Notes: generated by a model not told the origin, from the letters alone. A stretch of 64,000 bases of DNA from Candidatus Spongiisociaceae bacterium (GCA_965202665.1 OZ241841.1:1056001-1120000); one strand, 5' to 3'; shown: positions 38,770-49,634, numbered from the stretch's first letter. Numbers and translations: made by a program.

Positions 38770-41007
38770 ATGGATACCGGGAGCAAGGCGCGGACCGTTC
38801 CGGTCGGAGAAGACCGGGAAACTTTGGTGTTCGACGTAAACGGGATGCATTGCGCATCGTGCGTGACGCGGGTGGAGAAGGCGCTGTCCTCCCAACCGGG
38901 GGTGGCGGCGGCCACCGCCGATTTGCTGACCCGCTCCGCCCGGGTGCGCCTCGCCGACCGGCCTCCGGGGACGGACCCCGCCCGGGGTTTGACCGAGGCC
39001 GCCTCCGCCGCCGGCTACCGCCTGGTCCTCCGCCGGCCCGAAACCAGCCCGCCCGACGCCCGGGCCCAAGACCGGCGGGAGCGGCGCTTCTACGGACGAC
39101 GGGCCGCCGCGGCCGCCGCCCTGACCGCCCCCGCCATGGCCCTGGCCATGTTCATCCCCGAACCGGGCTGGTCGCGCTGGGGGCAGGCCGCCCTGTCCGG
39201 GGCGGTGATGTGGGCCGCCGGGCTGGTCTTCCACCAGGGAACCTGGACGCGCCTGCGGCGGCGCACGGTCAACATGGACGTCCTCATCACCCTCGGATCG
39301 TCCGCCGCCTGGTTCTATTCGCTGTGGGCCCTGGCCGCGGGCCGACCGGTGTTTTTCGAAACGGCGGCCGCCATCATCTCCTTCGTGCTGCTGGGCCGCT
39401 ATCTGGAAGCCCGGGTCAAAGAGCGGGCCTCGCAAGCGGTGGGCAACTTGGTGGAGATGGAAAACCGGGAGGCCGATGTCCGGCGCAACGGGGAATGGGT
39501 GCGCCTGCCCTGGCGGGAAATCCGGGCGGGCGACCAAGTTTCGGTCCCCCCCGGGGCCCGGATTCCGGCGGATGGGACGGTGGTGGAAGGGTCGGGGGAG
39601 GTGGACGAGTCCATGCTGACCGGCGAAACCCTGCCGGTGCTCCGCGCGGCGGGGGACCCGGTAATCGGCGGGTCGGTCAACCAGGCCGGACGCCTGATAG
39701 TGGAGGCGACCGCGGTGGGCGAAGATTCCACCGCCGCCCGCATCGCCCGCCTGGTGGCCGAAGCCCGCGCCTCCAAAGCCCCCATCCAGCGGCTGGCGGA
39801 CCGGGTTTCGGCGGTGTTCGTTCCGATGGTGCTCGGGGCCTCCCTTCTCACCCTGCTGGGATGGCTGCCATGGACGGACGCGGCCGACGCGGTGCGCAAC
39901 GCGACGGCGGTGCTCATCATCGCCTGCCCGTGCGCCCTGGGGCTGGCCACCCCCGCCGCCATCGCCGCCGTCTGCGGACGGGGGGCGGAGTTGGGGATCA
40001 TCTTCCGTTCCGCCGAGACGCTGGAACGAATGGGGAAACTGGATTTGGCGGCCTTCGACAAAACCGGCACCCTCACCACCGGCCGAATGACTTTGACCTC
40101 GGTGCAAAACCACCCCGCCCATCCCGACTTTTTAGCGGCCATCGCGGGGGTGGAGCGGGCAACCGGCCATCCCATCGGGGCGGCGGTGGCGGAAGAGGCC
40201 CTCCGCCGGGGGACGGTCCCGGCCGAGGCGGAAAACGTGGTCGTTTTCCCCGGGCTGGGAGCGGAGGGGACGGTCGCCGGGCGGCGGGTGACGGTGGGCT
40301 CCCCGGAACTGATGGAACAACAGGGCATCGCCGTCGATGAACAGTGGCGGAGCGCCCTGGAAGAGGCCCGCCGCCGGGGGGAAACCGCTTTCGCCGGGGC
40401 CTGGGAGGGACAGGTGCGGGGCGTGGCGGCGGTGAGCGACCGGCCCCGTCCCGACGCGGAGCGGGTCATCTCGCAACTGCGGAAAAGGGGGCTGGAAACG
40501 GCCATGCTGACCGGCGACCATCCCCTGCCCGCCCGCCGGGTGGCCGGGGAACTGGGCGTGGAGCGGGTGCACGCCCGCCTCCTGCCGGAGGACAAAGCCC
40601 GCCTCGTCGAACAGTGGCGGGAGGAGGGGCGGACGGCCGCCTTCGTGGGGGACGGAATAAACGACGCCCCCGCCTTGGCCGCGGCCGAAGTGGGGATGGG
40701 GATGGGACCCGGGGCGGCGATGGCGGTGCGGGCCGCCCCGGTTACTTTGATGTCGGGCGATCCGGCGCAGGTGATCCACGCTTTGGACTTGGCGGACCGC
40801 GCCCTGCGGGGCATCCGCCAAAACCTGTGGTGGGCCTTTTTATACAACGTGGCCGCCGTCCCGCTGGCCGCGGCCGGATTGCTCAACCCGATGGCGGCCG
40901 CGGCGGCCATGGCCCTGTCCAGCCTCTCGGTGACGGCCAACAGCCTGCGCATACGCAACTGGAAACCGGCCGATTCGGACGCTCCGCCGGCGCCGTCGGT
41001 TAAATAG
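38770..41007 (+). CDS. heavy-metal (Cu+-type) P1B ATPase
   Basis: GMHCASC, CPCALGL, DKTGT, GDGINDAP, YN, MALSS. Confidence 0.95.
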   Translation: MDTGSKARTVPVGEDRETLVFDVNGMHCASCVTRVEKALSSQPGVAAATADLLTRSARVRLADRPPGTDPARGLTEAASAAGYRLVLRRPETSPPDARAQDRRERRFYGRRAAAAAALTAPAMALAMFIPEPGWSRWGQAALSGAVMWAAGLVFHQGTWTRLRRRTVNMDVLITLGSSAAWFYSLWALAAGRPVFFETAAAIISFVLLGRYLEARVKERASQAVGNLVEMENREADVRRNGEWVRLPWREIRAGDQVSVPPGARIPADGTVVEGSGEVDESMLTGETLPVLRAAGDPVIGGSVNQAGRLIVEATAVGEDSTAARIARLVAEARASKAPIQRLADRVSAVFVPMVLGASLLTLLGWLPWTDAADAVRNATAVLIIACPCALGLATPAAIAAVCGRGAELGIIFRSAETLERMGKLDLAAFDKTGTLTTGRMTLTSVQNHPAHPDFLAAIAGVERATGHPIGAAVAEEALRRGTVPAEAENVVVFPGLGAEGTVAGRRVTVGSPELMEQQGIAVDEQWRSALEEARRRGETAFAGAWEGQVRGVAAVSDRPRPDAERVISQLRKRGLETAMLTGDHPLPARRVAGELGVERVHARLLPEDKARLVEQWREEGRTAAFVGDGINDAPALAAAEVGMGMGPGAAMAVRAAPVTLMSGDPAQVIHALDLADRALRGIRQNLWWAFLYNVAAVPLAAAGLLNPMAAAAAMALSSLSVTANSLRIRNWKPADSDAPPAPSVK

Positions 41008-41034
41008 CGGCGCGGGAACGCTACCCTGTCGGAT

Positions 41035-41898
41035 ATGGCCGCGCTCTACGACAACATGGAATGGCTGGAGGAAACCCCGCCGTTGCGAAATCCGGTGGCG
41101 GTCATCGCCTACGAAGGGTGGAACGACGCCGCCGACGCCGCCAGCGGGGCGGTGAACCACCTGCTGGAGCACCACAGCGCGCGCGCCCTGGCCCGCCTGC
41201 ACGTGGAAGAGTACGTCAACTTCCAGGATCAGCGCCCCCATTTGGAGTTGGACAACGAAGACCGCAAAGTCATCTGGCCCGCCACCAGTTTCATGGGCGT
41301 CAAATTGCCCGACCACGAACACGACCTGGTGGTGGTGCAAGGCGATGAACCGCATTACTACTGGCGTAAATACTGCGGCCAGGTGGAGTCCGTCCTGCGC
41401 CGGTTGGGGGTAAGCGAAGCCGTCACCCTGGGGGCTTTCCTGGGCCAGATACCCCACACCCTGCCGGTGCAAATTTTCGGCCTGTCCACCGACCCCGACT
41501 TCACCGTGAAAATGAACGTGCACCCTTCCGACTACGAGGGGCCGATCGGCATCACCGGGGTGTTGCACGGCTTCTTGGAGGAAAGCGGAATGGCGGCCCA
41601 CAGCCTGTGGGCGGGCGTCCCCCACTACCTGGCCGCCAACCCCAGTCCCACCGCCATCCGCGCCCTGCTCCACAAACTCGGAGAAGTGATCGGGTGGCAT
41701 CTGAAGCCGGGCGACCTGGAGGAGCAGGTGGAGCGCTACGAGGAAAGCATACGGGCGGCGGTGGAGGACTCCACCGATTTCAACGAATACGTACGGCAGT
41801 TGGAGGAAGAGTCCGACCATTTGACCATCACCCCCCGCGATTCGCACCGGATGGTGCAGGACATCGAGCGGTTCCTGCAGGACCCGTCCTCGGCGTAA
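41035..41898 (+). CDS. PAC2 family (proteasome assembly chaperone-like) protein
   Basis: EGWNDAA, YEGPIG, WAGVPHY, IERFL. Confidence 0.9.
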   Translation: MAALYDNMEWLEETPPLRNPVAVIAYEGWNDAADAASGAVNHLLEHHSARALARLHVEEYVNFQDQRPHLELDNEDRKVIWPATSFMGVKLPDHEHDLVVVQGDEPHYYWRKYCGQVESVLRRLGVSEAVTLGAFLGQIPHTLPVQIFGLSTDPDFTVKMNVHPSDYEGPIGITGVLHGFLEESGMAAHSLWAGVPHYLAANPSPTAIRALLHKLGEVIGWHLKPGDLEEQVERYEESIRAAVEDSTDFNEYVRQLEEESDHLTITPRDSHRMVQDIERFLQDPSSA

Positions 41899-41983
41899 AA
41901 TTCCGGCGCCGGGGCCGGACTTGCCAAACCGCCCTCCAAATCAAGTATCATGTACCGCACCCGACCTTGACCAAAGGAGATGA

Positions 41984-42076
41984 ATGGGCTCGCTAATTAA
42001 AAAGCGCCGCAAGAAGATGAGCAAGCACAAGTACCGCAAGCGCATCAAGGCCAACCGTCACAAGAAGCGGCGCTAG
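41984..42076 (+). CDS. 30S ribosomal protein bS22 (AURKAIP1/COX24 family)
   Basis: MGSLIKKRRKKMSKHKYRKRIKANRHKKRR with AAGGAG SD; too short for the ORF track. Confidence 0.92.
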   Translation: MGSLIKKRRKKMSKHKYRKRIKANRHKKRR

Positions 42077-42212
42077 CGGCCCCGACTCCCCGGTCGCGCC
42101 GGCTCCCCCGGCCCGGAGTTCCCCCATCCCAGGTTTGCTTACCGTCGGCAAACGGTCTAAAATGGCAAGGCGGGCGGACCGGGGTTTGCGGTTCGTAAGC
42201 GAGGAGTAAGAA

Positions 42213-45200
42213 ATGACCGGCCTTTTCAACCGGGCATGGTTGGTCGTCTTGACTGTGTTGGGATTAGTCGCCGGCCTTTTGGGGCCCGGGGCCGAACGCG
42301 CCGCTGGCGAAAACGGCGAATCCGATCATCCGGCCGTCTATTCGGCTTGCGTGGGGGAGGCCGCCGAGTCGGCGGGGTTTGCGGACGCGGTCGGTTCCTT
42401 CGCCGAAAACGAGATCAACTGCATCTTCCACTACGGGATCACCAAAGGCCGCACCGCCACCCGTTTTTCCACCGGGGAGACCATTTCCCGCTGGCAGATG
42501 GCCCTGTTTTTGGCCCGGGGGGCCAGGGCGGCGGGCATCGTGTTGCCGGCCAGCCCGCGGGAACAGGGCTTCCGTGACATCGGGGGGCTGTCCCGGGAAG
42601 CGCAATGGGCGGTCAACGCCCTGTCGGGAGCGGGCATCATGCCCGGCGTTTCCGCCTTCTCTTTTGAGCCGAACGCCGGGGTCACCCGGGCTTCCATGGC
42701 CACCCTGCTCGACGGCTTCCTAAAGGCGGCCGTCATCGGAGAGGGGGGGACGGATCCGGAGAAGATAACCCCGGACGACAACGTTTTCACCGACATCGAC
42801 CGCGTGTCGGTAGCCGCCTACAACGCCATTCGGCGAATATACGAGATGGACATCACCAAAGGGCAGACCGAAACCCGATTCGCGCCCGACGGTCTGGTGA
42901 CCCGGGCGCAAATGGCGGCCTTCATCGCCCGCACCCTGTCCCACACCACCGCCCGGCCGGCCGGTTTGTCGCTGCAGGCCTCATCCGACGAGGTTTCCGG
43001 ATCGGAAGGTTCGGTGGAGTTGGTGGTGTCGGTGCGGGACCAAAACTTCCAGCCGGTGGTGGACGCGGTGGTGGACCTGTTCTACTCCTCCGAACCCCGG
43101 CAAGCTTTCCGCTCCGACGGAACCTGCGACCCCGGCCGGGTGACATCGGTGGACGGCTCGCGGCCATGCGTAATCGATTACGGGGATTCGCTTACCGACG
43201 AGCTGGGGGACATCGTCGCCATCAGCTACGCCCCGATCTCCGCCACCACCCTGTGGGCGTGGACCGGGCGGTTGCAGGACCGGTTCGACGAGGACTCAAC
43301 CGCCGCCCAAAGTCTGGAAATCGGATACATCCCGGCCCCCGCCCAGATGCTGGTAACCGATGACCTCGCCCCCAACCAGGAGAAACTGCGGCTGGGGCAG
43401 ACGGTTGTCTTCACCCTGCAACTGGCCGACGGCGACGGCGACCCGGTGCCGGAGCGGGACTGGCAAGTGACCGTCTCCATCTCCCAAATGGAAGTGGACG
43501 GGGGCACCAGCTCCAGCACCAGCACCTACAAGACGGACGGGGAAGGGCAGATCCGGTTCTCCTTCCGGCAGAACGGAACCAACGCCGACGGCGAAACGGC
43601 CCGGGTCTCGTTGCAGTTGAGCGCGGTCGCCACCCGCAGCGGGCAACCTTCCCTGCCGCTGGTGGACAAAACCACCAACAAGCGGATCCCGGCCGACGCC
43701 GTCGTTCCCGACGGACCCGATGAGGGCAGCGAACCCGATCCCCACCCGGACCGGGGCCGATACGTAGCCAACTGGGCGGAGGAACCCTCCCAACCGGAGA
43801 AACTGTCCCTCACGCAACGTTTCCCCTACGTGGCCGCCTCCGACGACGGCCGGGGGGCGGGCAACAGGGTCACCGCCCTGCTCACCGACCAGTACGGGGT
43901 CCCCATCCGGGGCAAACGCATCCTGTTCTACTCCGACGACCAGCAGGGGATCGGCGGCGACCCGGCGGGCGACGTGCGCTACCGGCGCACCACCAACCGG
44001 CGGGGCGAATCGGTCCTCTCCTACACCCGGGACGAGGACGACGGCGGCATAGAAGCCATCTGGGCCGTCTACAAAGAAGTGGTGGGCGCGGCGGACGACG
44101 CCGACGACCGTCCCGACAACGACGCCAACGACATTTCGCTCACCGCCGACCGGCTCTACCACTTCTGGGCCGAAACACCGGGGGCGGCGGCGGTCACCGG
44201 ACGCATCCTGGAAAAAGACCCAGACGACAACCGGCTGGTGATAGCCGCCGACGAGAAGGTGCTGCTGGTGGAATACGACGGCAACGACCATTTCATAGCA
44301 ACCAACGGGCGGCCCACTACCTTCACCGACTTCGAAAAGTCTTTGGCCGAAACGGGAGCGGACCAGGTCGCCCATCTGCGAGTGGAGTTCTACTCCGAAA
44401 CCGCCGGACAGGTCAGTTCTTTTACCGCCCGCAAAGAATGGCCCGGCATTCTGCCCCCCGATGACAACTTTATGAGTTACAACGCCGGCGGCGAACTGGT
44501 CCCCCGCCGGTTGCCGGGCGGTTCCCCGGGAACGGCGGTGGCGGCGGACAAAGGCGTGATCGTCATCGGGGTTCCGTACGCCGACCTGAAAGACTACGAC
44601 CACGACAGCAACCCCAACACAGCCGGCCAATGCCCCAACGGGTGCGGCGACGCCGGGTGGGTGAAGGTGTACAACAGCATCACCGACGCCTTGCCGCAAG
44701 TGCTGACCGCCCCCGCGCCGGCCGCCAAAGCGATGTTCGGGACCGATGTGGACATCGCCGGAGACACCATCGTGGTCGGCGAGCCGGGGGACGAATGGGG
44801 CGACGGCCGCCGCGAAGGCGCGGCTTACATCTTCGTGCGGAACAGCGTCTCCGGAAAGTGGGAGTACAAAGGCCATTTGAACGACGACAACGCCAGCTCC
44901 GGAATAACCTATTCCACCGACGCCGCCTTGGGAACGGACGAATACGACCGCATGTTCGGCCGGTCGGTGGCCATCAGCGGGGACGGCCAGGTGGCGGCGA
45001 TCGCCGTTCCCTACGAGGACCGCATCGGACGCACCTCCGACCCGATGACCGACCGGGGCCGGGCGGGGGCCGTTTACCTGTACGTGAAACCCGCCGCGGG
45101 ATGGTCGTCCATCGAAACCCCCAAATACACCCTGTTGCCCGCCGCCGAATCCAATGAGGCGATCGGCATGAACAAGAATCTGGCCATCTCCCACGACGGA

Positions 45201-45875
45201 ACCGAGGTGGCGGTGGGCTCCGATTCCGCAAACGGCGGCCGAGGGCGGGTGTACGTATTCCAAACAAGTTCGGTAGCCACCTGGAACGAGCCGTCGGCCA
45301 GCCCGGCCCGTCCCACCCATCCTTCGGACGCCGTTCTCACCGCCCCCGCCGAAGGGGCCAACTTCATTTTCGGCAGACGGGTGGGGTTCGACAAGGCCGG
45401 GGACACTTTGGTTATCGGCTCCGGTTCGGAAGATCGCGAAGGCGGCGGCCACCCGGGCAAGATCTACGTGGCGGAAGACGACGACTGGACTTCCCCGACG
45501 GGCCGCACCATCGCCGTGTTGCAGGCCTCCAAACCGCGCATACCGGATCAGTTCAGCCAATACGTTTCCATCAACCCTGAGGGCACGGAGGTGGCGGGCG
45601 GCCGCCACTACCGGCGGGAGGGCGGCCAACGCGGGTCGGTGGCCCTGTTCAAACGCGACGGAACCACCTGGACCGTGGAAACCGCCTCCGGCGGACGGGG
45701 TCCCACGGGCGAGAAGCAGACCGGAATAGACGAAGAGTTCCTCGGCGCCGCCCCCGGAGACGGACTGGGCTGGGAGACAACTTTCGACCGGACCACCGGC
45801 GCGTTGTATTCCTCCACCCGCCGCGACGACCCCGGCGGTTTCTTCCGGTTCCGCCTCTACCAGATCCAGAGATGA
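42213..45875 (+). CDS. S-layer homology protein 1 with Ig-like core and C-terminal FG-GAP propeller
   Basis: Signal peptide; three SLH-like repeats (SRWQMA, TRASMA, TRAQMA); FG-GAP-like repeats (FGTDVDI..VGEP..GAAYIF). Confidence 0.9.
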   Translation: MTGLFNRAWLVVLTVLGLVAGLLGPGAERAAGENGESDHPAVYSACVGEAAESAGFADAVGSFAENEINCIFHYGITKGRTATRFSTGETISRWQMALFLARGARAAGIVLPASPREQGFRDIGGLSREAQWAVNALSGAGIMPGVSAFSFEPNAGVTRASMATLLDGFLKAAVIGEGGTDPEKITPDDNVFTDIDRVSVAAYNAIRRIYEMDITKGQTETRFAPDGLVTRAQMAAFIARTLSHTTARPAGLSLQASSDEVSGSEGSVELVVSVRDQNFQPVVDAVVDLFYSSEPRQAFRSDGTCDPGRVTSVDGSRPCVIDYGDSLTDELGDIVAISYAPISATTLWAWTGRLQDRFDEDSTAAQSLEIGYIPAPAQMLVTDDLAPNQEKLRLGQTVVFTLQLADGDGDPVPERDWQVTVSISQMEVDGGTSSSTSTYKTDGEGQIRFSFRQNGTNADGETARVSLQLSAVATRSGQPSLPLVDKTTNKRIPADAVVPDGPDEGSEPDPHPDRGRYVANWAEEPSQPEKLSLTQRFPYVAASDDGRGAGNRVTALLTDQYGVPIRGKRILFYSDDQQGIGGDPAGDVRYRRTTNRRGESVLSYTRDEDDGGIEAIWAVYKEVVGAADDADDRPDNDANDISLTADRLYHFWAETPGAAAVTGRILEKDPDDNRLVIAADEKVLLVEYDGNDHFIATNGRPTTFTDFEKSLAETGADQVAHLRVEFYSETAGQVSSFTARKEWPGILPPDDNFMSYNAGGELVPRRLPGGSPGTAVAADKGVIVIGVPYADLKDYDHDSNPNTAGQCPNGCGDAGWVKVYNSITDALPQVLTAPAPAAKAMFGTDVDIAGDTIVVGEPGDEWGDGRREGAAYIFVRNSVSGKWEYKGHLNDDNASSGITYSTDAALGTDEYDRMFGRSVAISGDGQVAAIAVPYEDRIGRTSDPMTDRGRAGAVYLYVKPAAGWSSIETPKYTLLPAAESNEAIGMNKNLAISHDGTEVAVGSDSANGGRGRVYVFQTSSVATWNEPSASPARPTHPSDAVLTAPAEGANFIFGRRVGFDKAGDTLVIGSGSEDREGGGHPGKIYVAEDDDWTSPTGRTIAVLQASKPRIPDQFSQYVSINPEGTEVAGGRHYRREGGQRGSVALFKRDGTTWTVETASGGRGPTGEKQTGIDEEFLGAAPGDGLGWETTFDRTTGALYSSTRRDDPGGFFRFRLYQIQR

Positions 45876-46047
45876 GATAGGAAACCCACCCGTCCCAGCG
45901 CGCCGGGGAAAATTTTGCCGTAGAAGGGGGGAGACGGCTACAATAATCCCACACCCCAACAGGCAGGGTCTTAAATCTCGCGCTATTATAAAGCAACCGC
46001 CCGGCCGAGCCGGATGCCCGCATCGCGGTCAAAGGAGATATAACCAG

Positions 46048-49000
46048 GTGACGATTTCCATTAAAAAGTCCTGTTTGATTGGAATAGCCGTTTTGGGACT
46101 GGTGGCCGGTCTTTTGGGAGGGGACTACGACCGGGCGGAGGCGACCGCCGGCGAACCCGATAATTTGGCCGAATTTTCGGCTTGCGTGGGACCGGCCGCC
46201 GCCGATGCCGGTTTCGAAGATACGGCCGGAACCGCCCTGGAAGACGCCGTCAACTGCTTGGCCTACTACGGGATCACCCAGGGCCGCGACGGCGACCGTT
46301 TCGCCCCCGGCGAGACGGTGCTCCGCTGGCAGATGGCCCTGTTTTTAGCCCGGGCCGCCCGTCCGGCCGGAATCGTGCTGCCCTCCAGCCCCTCCGACCA
46401 GGGTTTCACCGACCTGGACGAACTGTCCCCCGCAACCCGGGACGACATCAACCGCGTCGCCCAACTGGGGATAATGCCCGGCCTCTACCAAGGACATTTT
46501 GAGCCCAATCGGGCGGTGACCCGGGAGTCCATGGCCGTGTTGTTGGACGCTTTTCTGAGCCAGGCGATGATCAGCGACGGCGGCTTCCGTCCGGCCGATG
46601 TCAAACCGGACGATGCGGTGTTCACCGACATCGGCGGGGCGTCCATCAACTCCTACAACGCCATCCGCCGGGTGTACGAGTTGGGCATCACCCGCGGGGT
46701 GGGCGGGGGCCGTTTCGCCCCCAACGACCCGGTTACCAGAGGGCAAATGGCCGCTTTCATCACCCGGACTTTGGGGCATACCATCGCCCGTCCGGCCGGG
46801 GTGACGGTGCAGGTCAAATCAACCGGGTCGGATCCGGTTACGGTCACCGTAAACGACGGAGTCCAACTGTCCATAGCGGTGCGGGACTCCGCTTTCAGCC
46901 CGTTGCCGAACGCGCCGGTGGATGTTTTCACGTTCTCCGGAACGGCCCCGGTTTTCACAGACGAAGGGAGCTGCCTAACCAACCGGGTGCGGGCGGTAGG
47001 CGGAACCCAGGCATGCGCCATCGACTTCACCGATGAACGGACCAACCTGCAGGGGGTCTTGGCCCTTAGCATCACCGCCGATCGGACGTTAACCGTGCGG
47101 GCGTGGAGCGGCCAAGCGGGGGATCAATACGATTCAGACCAGACCGTGGGGGCCGGTTCGCTGGATGTAACCACTTTCAAAGAGGCCAGCCAGCTGCTTA
47201 TCTCCGACGACTTGGCCGAAGGGCAGAAGAAACTGCATTTCGGGGACGCGGTCACCTTTACCGTCCAAGTGGCGGACGAAGACGAAAATCCGATCCCGGA
47301 AGCGGACAAGGTCATCACCATCGGCGAAAACATCACCGCCGCCGACGGCTCCGCCTCCGGCCGCTCCCGCACTTTCCGAACCGACGCCGCCGGAGCGGCG
47401 CAGTTCTCGTTCATCCAAAACGACCCGGACGCCGCCCAAAACAGCCCGGACGCGGTGGTCGCCTTCACCGTCGGCTCCGCCGATTTTTCAGTGAATGACA
47501 AAACCGCCAACGGAACCGACGCCAACGGCCGCTACACGGCCACCTGGTCGGACGACGCTCCGGTGGAAACCACCCTGGCCCTGGACCAAGAGAAGGATTA
47601 CACTTTGGCCACCGACGACGGCAAAGGGGCGGTGCATACGGTAACCGCCCTGCTGACCGACCAGTACGGAGATCCGATCCCCCGGGGGCTCATCCATTTC
47701 ACATCCAACGATCCGGCGGGCCTGGGCATGACCGCCTCCGGAGGGGCCCGTTACCAGCGCTTCACCGACGACGCGGGGATGGCCTTCACCGGTTACCGGC
47801 GGGACAACGCCGCCGGGCGGGTGGAAACCATTACCGCCCTCTACCAGGGGGCCAGCGCCGCCGCCGACGACGACATTTCCGCCGAACGGCTCTACCACTA
47901 CTGGGCGGTGGAACCGGAACCGTCCGCCCGTTTCACCGCCCGGCTGGTGCAACCCGACTTGGAGAACAACCGCCTGCTGTTGCTGGGCAACGACGTCTGG
48001 CTGGTCTCCTTCGACGGCAACGACCAGCTGAGCCTGGCCAGCGGCCCCGCCCAGATGGACGCTTTCGTACGAGCCTTGGAAGGCGACCAAGTAGCCCACG
48101 CCGCCGTCTCCCACTACGCCGACCGGGCCCGCGGGGTGAGCATCATCGCCTTGCGCAACCGCTGGCCGAAACTGGCCGTTCCCGCCGGGGCCGAACACGA
48201 TGAACACGCCTTCGTGTTCGCCTCCGACGACGGGGTGATCGTGGTCGGTTCCCCCAAAGACGACGTAACCTCCGGCGGGATGGTCCGCCAGGAGGCGGGG
48301 GCCGTTTACGTGTACGAAGGAGCGGACGACGACTCCCCGGCCCGGCTGACCAGCTCCACCCCGGTGGGTTTGGGCGGTTTCGGCTCTTCGGTGGACATCC
48401 GGGGCGATGTCATCGCCGTCGGGCATCCCCGCGGCGGGAGCACCGGCAAAGGGATTGTGGAAGTGTTCACCAAACCGGCGGGCGGCTGGGCCGACTCCGA
48501 CTCTTCCACGGTATGGCACGACGGGTCCAACGGAGTGGGTCCTTCCGCCACCAACAACTACGAATTCGGCAAAGTGGTGACCCTGTCCGGGGATGGAACC
48601 AAAATGGCGGTGGCCGCCCCCGGCCGGACGCGGGTCTATCTGTTCACCATTTCCGGAGCGGACGCCGACGACCAGACCGGGATGGGCGTTCCGGTGCTGG
48701 TTCCCTCCGACGCTTCCGCCTTCACCGGCCTCCTCCAGCGGGCTTTCGCCCAGGGGGGTCCGGGAGGGATGCTGGCCGTCTCCGAAGACGGCTCCACGGT
48801 GGCGGTCGGGGCCTACGCCCTGCCTTCGGCGGAGGACCGGGACGGCGCGGGGGCGGTGTATATGTTCGTCAAACCGGACCCAGACTGGAACGACACGGCC
48901 GCCAACCAATCCAACGGCAAACTGACCGAAGCCGGAGCCCTGTCCGGGGAATGGCTGGGCTGGTCGGTGGATATAACCGCCGACGGCTCTACCGTGGTAA

Positions 49001-49413
49001 CCGGCGCCCACGCCACCGACGCCGCAGAAAGCCGGGCGTTGATCTACCAGCGGCCCGCCGGCGGATGGGGCGACGCCGATCAGCCGACCGCCGCCCTGTC
49101 GGCTCCTTCCGGCGACCCATTGGGGGAGGAAGACGATGATTACGGCCAACATGCGGCCATCAGCGACGACGGCTCCCTGGTGGCCAGCTCCCGGGCCGCC
49201 CGCCCCGCCGAAAACGACCATCTGCGGGAACCGGTGCACATTTTCACCCGTCCCGCCGAAGGTTGGACGGCCATGGCCCCCGACTCCATCCAACACTTGG
49301 CCCCCCGCCGGTGGATCCGGTTCGGCTGGGGCACAACCATCGACGACGAAACCGGCCAAGTCCTGTCCGCCGAAGCGGTAGTCCCCCACCAAATCTACCT
49401 AATAACCCCCTAA
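46048..49413 (+). CDS. S-layer homology protein 2 with Ig-like core and C-terminal FG-GAP propeller
   Basis: Paralog of 42213; FGSSVDI, VAVGAY..GAVYMF repeats. Confidence 0.9.
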   Translation: MTISIKKSCLIGIAVLGLVAGLLGGDYDRAEATAGEPDNLAEFSACVGPAAADAGFEDTAGTALEDAVNCLAYYGITQGRDGDRFAPGETVLRWQMALFLARAARPAGIVLPSSPSDQGFTDLDELSPATRDDINRVAQLGIMPGLYQGHFEPNRAVTRESMAVLLDAFLSQAMISDGGFRPADVKPDDAVFTDIGGASINSYNAIRRVYELGITRGVGGGRFAPNDPVTRGQMAAFITRTLGHTIARPAGVTVQVKSTGSDPVTVTVNDGVQLSIAVRDSAFSPLPNAPVDVFTFSGTAPVFTDEGSCLTNRVRAVGGTQACAIDFTDERTNLQGVLALSITADRTLTVRAWSGQAGDQYDSDQTVGAGSLDVTTFKEASQLLISDDLAEGQKKLHFGDAVTFTVQVADEDENPIPEADKVITIGENITAADGSASGRSRTFRTDAAGAAQFSFIQNDPDAAQNSPDAVVAFTVGSADFSVNDKTANGTDANGRYTATWSDDAPVETTLALDQEKDYTLATDDGKGAVHTVTALLTDQYGDPIPRGLIHFTSNDPAGLGMTASGGARYQRFTDDAGMAFTGYRRDNAAGRVETITALYQGASAAADDDISAERLYHYWAVEPEPSARFTARLVQPDLENNRLLLLGNDVWLVSFDGNDQLSLASGPAQMDAFVRALEGDQVAHAAVSHYADRARGVSIIALRNRWPKLAVPAGAEHDEHAFVFASDDGVIVVGSPKDDVTSGGMVRQEAGAVYVYEGADDDSPARLTSSTPVGLGGFGSSVDIRGDVIAVGHPRGGSTGKGIVEVFTKPAGGWADSDSSTVWHDGSNGVGPSATNNYEFGKVVTLSGDGTKMAVAAPGRTRVYLFTISGADADDQTGMGVPVLVPSDASAFTGLLQRAFAQGGPGGMLAVSEDGSTVAVGAYALPSAEDRDGAGAVYMFVKPDPDWNDTAANQSNGKLTEAGALSGEWLGWSVDITADGSTVVTGAHATDAAESRALIYQRPAGGWGDADQPTAALSAPSGDPLGEEDDDYGQHAAISDDGSLVASSRAARPAENDHLREPVHIFTRPAEGWTAMAPDSIQHLAPRRWIRFGWGTTIDDETGQVLSAEAVVPHQIYLITP

Positions 49414-49480
49414 AACCGACCCGGGGCACCGCTAGAGGAACATAGCGGGCCGCTTGGTGGAAGGTCCTGGTCGGTTTTTT
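49412..49480 (+). terminator. probable terminator after SLH gene 2
   Basis: AAAACCGACC/GGTCGGTTTT stem enclosing a CCGCTA/TAGCGG hairpin, ending in T6. Confidence 0.55.
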
Positions 49481-49634
49481 GTCACACCCCTATTGCCAAT
49501 ATAAGCCATAACCAGGACACAGGGCGGGAGGGAAAGGCCAGGCGGGCAACGATGCTCGTATTACGCTTTGGGGACGAAGGAGAAGGCCATGGAGCTGAGC
49601 AAAAAAGTCAAGCACGCCAGCAAGCCGTCGTAGG

